This document shows positions 1 to 9,141 of a stretch of DNA of 46,042 nt, one piece after another. Source of the DNA: Parvularia atlantis (Eukaryota); NCBI GenBank assembly GCA_943704415.1, contig CALSCO010001228.1, positions 1 through 46,042 on the forward strand. Direction: 5' to 3'. The translations under genes and the position numbers were made by a program. The notes beneath the pieces were generated by a model that worked only from the letters and a program-made list of their open reading frames with translations, ran no database searches and had not been told where the DNA came from. Numbering within the stretch: position 1 is the first letter of the stretch; each line of letters starts with the position of its first letter.

Positions 1-84
1 GCCCAGCCTGAGATCAAGGAATGGCTGAAGGAGCTGTGCGACATACTCGTTCACAGGTGCACTGTCAAGGCGCAAAGCAAGTGA
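1..84 (+). CDS. Possible 3' end of an upstream gene (partial, AQPEIKEWLKELCDILVHR...)
   Basis: Open frame from the window edge to TGA at 82-84 with coding-like codons; no family recognised. Confidence 0.3.
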   Translation, partial: AQPEIKEWLKELCDILVHRCTVKAQSK

Positions 85-536
85 TTTGAATCGGACTCTC
101 TGCTTGTCACGGTGGCAAGGTGACGTAACTCAGGCCAGCCCATCGCCTAGCACCACCACCACACACTCGTAAACGCACGACACGCCGACTCACGCATCGC
201 CGCACCACGTTGATCCGCTTGAGCCGCATCCGCTCCTGGATCTGCTTGGCATTGTCGTAGTCCTCGCGCCTGCGCCGCCGCCCGCCCGCCGCCCGCCGCG
301 CGGTCAGCCGCATCGCGGGCAATCACCAGCTGTCGCTGAGCGCTGTGTACGGCACGCTGCTCGTGACATCATGCCCCCTTTGCGCCCGCCGCTCGCCGCG
401 GTGGGCCTATGGTCCCGCCCTGCACTTTCTTGGCTCGCGCGGCCTCCTTAGCCGGCCACGTCCGCTGCACGCGCGCGCGCGACCTCGTCCGCCTCACTCG
501 TCCACAAGCCCTCCGCACGTGCACCCGCACTTGCAT
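51..536 (-). CDS. Small spliced hypothetical protein (MQ|RTWPAKEAARAKK|GHDV...DSW|REDYDNAKQIQERMRLKRINV|AMGWPE...)
   Basis: ATG at 536; four GT..AG introns with typical donors join into one open frame; last exon/stop uncertain. Confidence 0.45.
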
Positions 537-611
537 CCAATGCGCCGGACCGTCTCACGCACGGCTGGCTCGGGCCCGCGCGCCGTCACGCCCGCGCGCC
601 ACGTGGACGAG

Positions 612-1573
612 ATGCCCATCGCCAAGGTCATCGTCGTGGGCGAGCCGATGACGGGTGCGCACGCGCGGATTCTGCGCCGCGCTGCCGCTGCGCTGACGTT
701 GGCCGTGCCCAGGCAAGACGAGCATCGCCCAGCGCTACACGTACGCGGCCTGCGCGCCCAACTACAAGGCGACCGTCGGCGTCGACTTTTTCTCCAAGAT
801 CGTGAACGAGGGCTCGCGGCCGTTCCAGCTGCAGGTGCGGTACGGCGCGCGCGTGGTGCACTGTGCTGACAGCGCGTCGGGCGCGGCAGATGTGGGACCT
901 CGCGGGCCAGGAGCGCTTCAACGCGATGACGCACATCTACTACCGCGAGGCGCTGTTCTGCATTCTCGTGTTTGACGTGACCAGCAGGCGCTCGTTCGAG
1001 AAGCTGCAACATTGGCGGGTGTGCGCGCGCTGCTGTGGCGCGACGTGCACTGACTTTGCGCACAGAATCAGCTCAACGTGCAGGGGCGCCTGAGCGATGG
1101 CCGGCCCATCCCGTGCGTGCTGATCGGCAACAAGGTGCGCATCCGAGGCGTGCATGGAAGCCGCTGATCGCGGGCGCGCACGCAGTGCGACGTCGACCCG
1201 ATCAAGTGGAGCGTGACTGAGGACAACATGGATGAGTTTTGTGCCCGCAACGACGTCGCCAAGTGGTGCGCGCGCACGCAGTGGGCGGCTGCGCCTGGCA
1301 GCGCGACTCACCCGGCACGCGGCGGCGCACAACAGGTTCCTCGCGTCGGCCAAGGAAAGCATCAACGTCGACGAGTCGATGGGCTTCGTGGTCGAGTCGC
1401 TCGCGGCCGACTACGACCACCTGCGCCGCCCGCCCACACCCGCGCAGCTGAGCGAGACGGTCGTGTTGCAGGCGACGTCGCTGGGCGTGCGCGAGGGCTA
1501 CAACGGACGGGCGAGCACGGACTCGTGCGCGTCGGGCGCCGGCAGCGCGCCGGGTGGGTCATGCGCGTGCTAG
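612..1573 (+). CDS. Rab small GTPase, Rab32/38/29-like
   Basis: Spliced (5 introns): GEPMTGKT P-loop, YKATVGVDF switch I, WDLAGQERF, IPCVLIGNK|CD, ASAK, C-terminal CAC prenylation motif; alternative in-frame ATG at 540. Confidence 0.9.
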
Positions 1574-1850
1574 CGGAGCTGAGGCGGTGTCGGCAAAACA
1601 AAACTTCTTCTTGTATCCTCGGCGGTGGGTTGAACGAAACTGAGTCCGTGACTTGCAGCTGCACGTCCAACTGGACGACTCGCGTGCCGGTTGCGTTGCG
1701 GATGGTCTGAGCAGGCCTCGTCTGCTGATCCTGCACGGCCTGAGCGGCGGCGGCAGCAGCATTGTCCGACGTCTGGGCCGCCTCGCTCGCCATCCGCTGT
1801 GCTGGCGTCCATGCCGACAGTAACTCTCGTGCGATCAGTGAAAACCCGCC

Positions 1851-2339
1851 ATGGACGGCGTTGTGCGGCGGCTCGTCTCGGCGCGGCCCGCAGTGCTCGT
1901 GCCCGTGCGCGGTGCGTGCGCGCTCGGTGGGCCCGGCCGTGCCGGTGCTGAGCAGCGTGCGCGCGCCAGGCAAGAAGCGCTACTTTGTGAACCCGGAAAA
2001 GTTCCCGCTGACGATCGTGCACACAAACGGGGCCACGATCAAGTCGTTCACGCTCAACCCGACCAAGCCCGTCTGGCGCCTCACGTGCGCGCGTGCCGGG
2101 CGGCGTGCTGTGCGGTGCTGCTGACACCGGGCAACCGCATGCGCGTGCTCGCCCGCCCGTGTCGCAGCGTCGACAGCTACAACCACCCGTTCTGGCAGCA
2201 CCACTGGCAGTACGACAAGGACGCCAAGGAGGAGGCGGTCGACACGGGCGCCGAGTCGGCGACGCTGACCGACGAGCAAAAGTCGATGCTGGACGACATC
2301 CTGCAGAGCGGCAAGGGCCCGCGGCGGCGCGTGTCGTGA
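1851..2339 (+). CDS. Mitochondrial ribosomal protein bL31-like
   Basis: Arg-rich transit-like N-terminus; FPLTIVHTNGAT...VDSYNHPFW resembles the L31 signature; 2 introns. Confidence 0.65.
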   Translation: MDGVVRRLVSARPAVLVPVRGACALGGPGRAGAEQRARARQEALLCEPGKVPADDRAHKRGHDQVVHAQPDQARLAPHVRACRAACCAVLLTPGNRMRVLARPCRSVDSYNHPFWQHHWQYDKDAKEEAVDTGAESATLTDEQKSMLDDILQSGKGPRRRVS

Positions 2340-2402
2340 TGTGGGTCTGCAGTGTACATTGCCCAGCGGCAGGGCATTGCGCAGCACACGGCGGCGCCCG
2401 CC

Positions 2403-2953
2403 TCACAACCCCTTGCCCTGCCGCTGCGCCTCCCACAGCAGTGCCAGCCGCTGCCGCTGCTCGCCGAGCTCGTGCAGCGTCTCGCTGCATCGGTCGTCGA
2501 CTGCCGCAGATGCGTGCGAACGTGCCGCACGCGTGAGCATGGCGCGGACGGCACCGCGAGCACGCGCACCCTCCGACGCGACGCTGAGCGCGCGCGCCTT
2601 GCTGACCTTCATGAACATGTCGCCGTGGATGACCCACACTTTCTCTGCGGTCGCGAGGCACGTGTCAAGCCATGGCTATTGCTCGCGGCGCACGCGCCCG
2701 CACCGTTCGACTGCCGCTTGAGCGCCTGCTCGGCCAGCTCGCTCTCGCGCGCCTGCTGCTTGACGACGCGCGTCTGCACCGGCGTGAGCCGCATCCGAGT
2801 TTGATCCGGGGGAGCACACCATCTGTTCGATCTCTTGCAGCTCGGCCAGCACGCCGTCCACGCGCAGCCGCTCTGCATCGGCGCGTTCAGCACCGCGCTC
2901 GCGTGGGCGAGGAGCCGCGGCGAACCTTGCGCGCGATGTGTTGTCGTCTCCAT
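2403..2953 (-). CDS. Prefoldin-beta-like protein (PDRG1-like)
   Basis: Coiled coil, then NEKVWVIHGDMFMKVS beta-hairpin, then coiled coil; 4 introns. Confidence 0.6.
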
Positions 2954-2973
2954 ATGAGGTGAATTACAAGTGG

Positions 2974-3302
2974 ATGGTCAAGTGGCTGCAGAGGCAGCGC
3001 AACAAGCAGCGCCTGTTTGTGGCCTCGATGCTCGTCTGCGCGCTCGCCGCCTGCGCCACCGTCGCCTACCCGTGCGCCTTGGCCGCCTGCGTGCCGCCGC
3101 CACGGATGACAGCTCACGCGGACATGCGTTGCAGGGCCGTCATCAGCCCGGACCCGCAGATGCAGCGCCGCCGACAGCACATGCGCAAGCTCGTGTGTCC
3201 TCCTGCGGGGCACGTGGGCGCCGCGCATCGCTGAGGCCGCGCGCACGCCCCGTGCAGCACCAAGCCACGAGCGACGAGCACGACAAATACCCGCGCGAGT
3301 GA
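2974..3302 (+). CDS. Small single-pass membrane protein (possibly SMIM20-like)
   Basis: MVKWLQRQRNKQRLFVASMLVCALAACATVAYP|AVISPDPQMQRRRQHMRKL|..; 2 canonical introns; family assignment weak. Confidence 0.5.
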
Positions 3303-3445
3303 CGCCGACCTGTACAAGACCATGTTGCGCGCCCCCGCGCGAGTGTACAGCCCGCACATTACACGCCGCATGCGCGCATCCGCCCCGGCCCGCGCACAGC
3401 GGCGCGCAGGGTTTCGATAGAGCAACTGTGGTTACACGCCCATGC

Positions 3446-4508
3446 TCACTTGCGCGCCTTGGCACGCGCCTCGCTTAGCGCCTTGTTGTACGTCTCGCTC
3501 TGCTTGTCGTACTTGGACGAGACCTACGCGGGCGTGAACCTGGAGATCGCGCGCGCGGCCACACAAAAAGGCGCACACCTCGGCGATCGCGCGGCTCTCC
3601 TGCGCCTCGAGGTCGGACAGCAGCTGCTGCAGCTTGGTCGCCGACAGGCTCACGTACACCTCCTGCCGACGCGGCGCGCGGCACATGAGCCACACACCAC
3701 GGCTTGCACGCGCACGTGCACCTTGCTCGCGTTCTCGCGGATCTCGACCTCGCGCTCCTGCAGCACAAACGTCAGGTTGGACGAGTTGTTCTGGTACTTC
3801 CAGTTGTACTGCACAAAGAGCGGGATCTCGGTGTCGCGCAGCACGCGGATGAGCTTGCCTACGGCAGCCGTTTTGCGTTAGCGCCATCGCACACACACGC
3901 CCGCAGCGGCAGCGCACGCACGCGACGTCGTGTCGTCGATCTTGGCCTTGCCGTCCTTGGGCTGCACCAGCTTGGCCGGGAACTTGCCGACGATGCCTTC
4001 GCACTCGCCCTGTGCGCGCCGCCGCCGCCGCCGCGCCGTAGCCGTGAGATCGCCAGCAACCGGTGCGCGGGAGGCGGCGCACCACCCACAGCTCGTCCGA
4101 CATCTTCTTCGTCACCGTGATCGTCTCGCCCTTGAGGAACATCAGGTCGTCGTCCGTCTTGGCGACATGGTCGGCCACGGCCACGTACAGGTTGGACGTC
4201 GCGCCTGTCGTGCGCCCGCTCCGTGTCGGCGCGACAAAAACAAGCGGCGCGCTCGCGCGGGACGCACCCTTGACGTACTCGGCCTCGTACAGCGTGTACT
4301 TCTGGTGGCTCTCGTTGCCAAACAGCTGGGCCACCATCGCCTTGACCACGTCGGCCACGGTCGTCTTGGTCGAGACGGGCACGCGCTGCGCAAGTGGTCG
4401 TGGGCCGCGCGGCTTCTCGACGAAAGGCGCGCGCACCTGGTAAAAGTCCTTCACGCTCTCGCCCGTCACCACGTACACGCCGATCACCGTCTGCAGCGTC
4501 GCCGACAT
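3446..4508 (-). CDS. RASSF-like protein: Ras-association domain with inserted SH3, plus C-terminal SARAH coiled coil
   Basis: RA: VPVSTKTTVADVVKAMVAQL..KYTLYE..LIRVLRDTEIPL..LTFVLQE; SH3: YVAVADHVAKTDDDLMFLKGETITV..WVGECEGIVGKFPAKLV; SARAH-like: LSATKLQQLLSDLEAQESRAIAEVSSKYDKQSETYNKAL; 6 introns. Confidence 0.8.
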
Positions 4509-4661
4509 CGCTCCGTCCGCCCGTCCGCTGCCCTGCGAGACGGTGCACCGCGCGCCCGCTCAGTCAACAGAGCGCCCACTCCGCGGCCACGCTGGGAGGC
4601 GCACGTCTGAAATTGAGCGAAAAAAGAGCTTGCAAACCGTGACAACAAGCATCTATCGATT

Positions 4662-6232
4662 TCACCCGCGACGGCGCTCATACAGCGTCTGCGCGACGTC
4701 GTCGACGAACGACACGGGCACGTCGCCGCCGAGCCGCCGCACGATGCGCTCGAGCATGACGTCGTTGAGCAGGTACGGCGGGCAGCGCGGGTGCACGGGC
4801 GGCCGCGTGCCTTCAGGCGTGAGCGGTCGCGCGCCTTCAGGCGTGAGCGGCCGCGTGCCTTCAGGCGTGGCAGAGGGCTCCGTTTTCCCAAGCGGGCGCG
4901 GGCGCTTGGCGTGCGTCGGCGCCGGGTTGAGCGGCTCGCGCGGGCACAGAGCCACCAGCTCGGCCTGGAGCTGGCGAAAGTACGCGAGCTCGTCCCAGAA
5001 CTCGCGCGGCTGCCCGTCGAGGTGGCGCTGCAACTCGGCCGCCGCGAGATCGTAGATGGTGTAGTCGTGCTTGACGAGCTCGCGCAGCTCGGCCAGCTCC
5101 TCGGGCGTGTGCTCGATCTTGGCGCCACAGAGCACGCGCTTGCCGTCCCAGCGGCGCTGCTCGGTGCACGCGTCGAGCAGGGGCAGGTACAGGATGTCCT
5201 CAAACGACCACCCAAACATGCGCTTGAGCAGCACAAGCGACTCGTCAAAGCGCTCGACGACGAGGATGAGCGCAAACTGCTGGTGCCCGCCCGCGAGGTA
5301 CTGCTGCATGTCGGCGTCGGTGTAGAGGCCGAGGTCGGTCGCGAGCGTGCGCCACTTGGGCCGGGTGACGTTGGCGTGGAGCATTGCGACGGCGCTCGAC
5401 GTGGCGTAGGCGGGCTGGTGCAGGTAGTACCACTCGGACAGGAGGCGCTTGACCGGGTCGCGCACGATCGTGATGAAGCGCGCGCCGGGCACGCGGGCCC
5501 GGTACCAGCCCATGATCTCGACAAAGTTGTGCCCGCCCGGGAAGGTGAAGTGGTGGTACATTGAGATGTCGGCCGGCCGCGCCCAGCGCTCGAACGCGAA
5601 CCAGATGTAGTGCAGCGCGGGGACGAAGAAGCGCAGGCCGTGGCGCACGCCGAAGCGGAAGAGCAGCGACGACATGGTCGTCGAGGCCGTCTTGTGCGTC
5701 TTGAAGAAGACGACTTTGGTGACGGCGCCGGTGCACAGCGGTGCCGCGGACGCCGCCCACCCGCTCGTGTTGGCCGCGAGCCCGACACACGCGGCGCAGG
5801 CGGCCGCATCGGGCAGCGGCTGCGGCGGCTCGCTGTCGGGCACGGGCGCGAGGCTCGGCTCTGCACATGTGGCGCGCGATCAGCCTGCGATCGATCTGCG
5901 CGCCACACGGACGCACTGGGCACGCGCACGTCGCCCCAGCCCGGATTGAACTTGTGCAGGCTGACGGCGTACGTCGTCGTGGCCGTCACGTTGCGCCGGT
6001 ACGCGATCATCTCGGGCGAGGCCTGCAGCTCGACAAAGACTGGCGCGCCGTCGCCCGCGATCACGGCCTCGACGTCTGCGCTGGCCGTCCACGTCCGCCG
6101 CCCGTCCGGATCGTCATCGATCGCGCCGATCGCGCCGTCGCCGGCCTCGCCCGCGCCGCGCCACGCGCGCCACGCCAGCGCCAGCAGCACGACGGCGGCG
6201 CACGCGACGAGCAGCCGCGCCGTCCTCGACAT
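4662..6232 (-). CDS. Galactose-3-O-sulfotransferase family, type II membrane protein
   Basis: N-terminal TM; FFKTHKTASTT (5'-PAPS motif), ITIVRDPVKRLLSEWYY (3'-PB), ERFDESLVLLK; one intron near 5862-5930. Confidence 0.88.
4801..4870 (-). repeat. 24-bp coding tandem repeat, about 3 copies (TPEGxRPL)
   Basis: g(t/c)gccttcaggcgtg recurs with period 24. Confidence 0.8.
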
Positions 6233-6337
6233 TCGAGGCCAGCGTCACGTGGCGAGGAGTGTGACGGTGCGGCCACGTGCCGCGCGGGCTCCCCCTCGAT
6301 CACGCGCCCGTTCTCACGTCTCCTCTCGCCCTCGCAG

Positions 6338-7451
6338 ATGGAGGTCTCGGCCGCTGTTGGCGTGAGCAACTCGGTGCCGTTCATGGCCATGTTCATCGCG
6401 CTGTTTGCGTGCGTCGTCGTCGCGTGGTTCTGGCGCAGCCGCGACATTACCTTCGTGCCCGAGTCGGGTGCGTGCACATGCACTCGCGTGCGCGATGCGG
6501 GCGGCTGAGCGGCGGCGTGGCGAACGCACGCCAGGCATCTTCATCGCCGTCGGCGTGCTCATCGGCGGCATCAACTACGGCATCCAGCCCGGTGCGCGCG
6601 CCGCCGCTGAATCGCTGGTCGCTGATCAGCGGCGACGCAGGCGTGCCGCTCACCATCTTCGACCCGGCCCTGTTCCTCTACGGCTTCCTGCCCGTGATCA
6701 TCTTCGAGGCCGGGTACTCGATGAACAAGGTGCCGCACCACGCGCAGAACGCGGTGCAGCACTGACGCCGTACCGCCGGACAGCGCGAGTTCTTCAACAA
6801 CATCGGCATCATCAACAACCTCGCCATTGCCGGTACGGTCATCTCCACGCTCATTGTCGGCTACGGCCTGTACTGGTTCGAGCAGCTGGGCATCTTCACG
6901 ATGGACGGCACGCCGCTGGTGCGCATGCGCTGACCACTATGGCTGCAAATGCTCAGCGCCGGCCTCGCGCAGGTGCCGCTGCTCTTTGGCTCGATCATCT
7001 CGGCCATCGACCCCGTCGCGACGCTCGTCGTCTTCAGCTCGCTCAACGTGCGCGACCGTGCTCACACGCGGCGCAGCCCTGATGCCACCCCGCGAGCGCA
7101 GGTCGACCGCACGCTGTACTCGATCGTCTTTGGCGAGAGCGTGATGAACGACGCGGTCGCCGTCGCGCTGTACCAGACCTTTGCGAGCTTCCTCGGGCTG
7201 GACGGCTTTGGCACGTCGGAGCTGTTTGAGGCGCTCGGGTGCGGCGGCGTGCGCGGCGCTGCGCCGGCGCACTGACACGCGCTTGGTCGGCACAGCCTCT
7301 TCATCGCCAAGTTTCTCGGCTCATTTTGCGTCGGCCTGCTCATCTCGTTCATGGTGTCCAAGTTCCTGAAGCACTGCTACGTCGAGTACAACTACATGGT
7401 GCTGGCGATGTGCGTGCGCGGGTCCGCATCGCGAGAAGTGCGGGCGCCATA

Positions 7452-7525
<74 letters not shown>

Positions 7526-8753
7526 GCGCAGGTTCTCATGCACGGCGTACATCGTCTACAACCTGTGCGAGAGCATCATGCTCTCGGGCATTCTCGGCGT
7601 GTTTTTCTGCGGCATGGGCCTCAAGCACTACGCCTTCTACAATGTCTCACACTCGTCGCAGCACGCAAGCGAGGACTTCCTCAAGACGGTGCGCGGTGGT
7701 GCGGTGTGCGGGCGTGCGCGCGGGCTCACGCAGAGGTGCGCAGCTCGCGTTCCTGGCCGAGTCGGTCATCTACGTGTACCTGGGCATGTCGTTCTTCGAC
7801 GTGGCGCTGCTGTGGAATGCGCAGTTCATCGCGTGGTCGGTCGCGCTCTGTCTGGTGCGCGCCTCTGAGTGCTGGACTGCGCCAACTGACGCCTTGCCAG
7901 ATCGGCCGCGCGCTCAACGTGTTCCCGCTCGTGTTTATCACCAACTATTTCCGCGTCAAGAAGATCTCCCTCAAGTTCCAGGTGCGCCCGCACCCGCGCG
8001 CTGCTCGCTCTGACCCACGAGTACACGACGCAGTTCCTCGCGTGGTTCTCGGGCCTGCGCGGCGCCATCGCCTTTGCGCTCTCGCTGCTCATCCCCGTGG
8101 GCGTCGACGGCGTGCAGCAGGGCAGTAAGGACATGATCGTCGCCGCGACCCTGTTTATCGTCGTCAGCACGACGCTGTTCATCGGCGGCTCGACGCCCTC
8201 GATGCTGCGCCTGCTCAACATCAAGATGGGCGACGTTGTGACGGAGGAGGTGCGCCGCGCCCCGATGCCGCGCTGCCAGCGGTGCTGACCGAACGACGTG
8301 CGCGATCGCAGGAGATCCGCGCCTTTGCGGACGAGGACCGCGCCGTCCTGATGCACAAGTCGCTGCACGGGCGCTGGCACAGCCTCGATCGCAACTTTCT
8401 TATGTGCGCGCGCCCTGCCCGCGCCGCGCGCACTGAATCGCATCGCATCGCAGGCCGTTCCTGAGCAACCGCGACGTCGGGCTCATGCACCAGGACAGCG
8501 GCTATTTGCCGCGGGTGCGCCGCGTGCTCTGCTCTGCTGCGGGCGCTCGGTCTGCTCACGCATGCACACGCAGCTAAGGCGATCGGACGCGGAAGTGGAC
8601 ATGCCGACCGAAAAGGCGCGGCTGATGGACGGTGCGCGGGTGCTCTCGCGCGCTGCAGGCTCACGCTGACCGCGCCGTCGCGAGCCAGACAGCGTCACCT
8701 ACGGCGCCGTCGCGGGCAGCAACGGCAGCGCCTCCACCAACGCCAGCCTTTGA
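6338..8753 (+). CDS. Na+/H+ exchanger, CPA1 family (NHE8/NHX-like, organellar)
   Basis: FLPVIIFEAGYSMNK, FGSIISAIDPVATL, VFGESVMNDAVAV, IGRALNVFPL, WFSGLRGAIAFAL; ~16 introns; intron immediately before the ATG. Confidence 0.95.
7454..7523 (+). repeat. (CA)n microsatellite inside NHE intron 7410-7531
   Basis: Perfect AC run of about 70 bp. Confidence 0.98.
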
Positions 8754-9099
8754 CTCTTCACATCTTTGTTTCCTTCACGTGCTTTGCGCGATTACAATGG
8801 TTGTGGGGCTTGCGGGATGGACTGTCGAGGGGGGGGTTGGTGCACGGCGTCGCTGGCCAACTTGCAAACAACTTTTGAGAAAATAAAGTCCGCCAGCCAG
8901 TTGTCCGCCGGAACGGCCCGCGCGACCGTGCAGATGCAACTCGAGGGCATCGAAGCTAAGCGAAGCAAGACCCAGCCCGACGGCCACGAGCGACGTCCGC
9001 CTGGCCGTGCAGGCTCGCGTGACGTCCGACGACGACGTCGAGCATGCGCCACAAGCTGCACCACCTCGCCCACATCTCTCTGGTTTTACACAATGTTCC

Positions 9100-9127
9100 T
9101 TTTTTTTTTTTTTTTTTTTTTTTTTTT
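9100..9127 (+). repeat. Poly(T)28 tract (poly-A on the SART1 sense strand)
   Basis: Homopolymer 14 nt past the SART1 stop codon. Confidence 0.95.
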
Positions 9128-9141
9128 GTTGTTGGCTCCGG

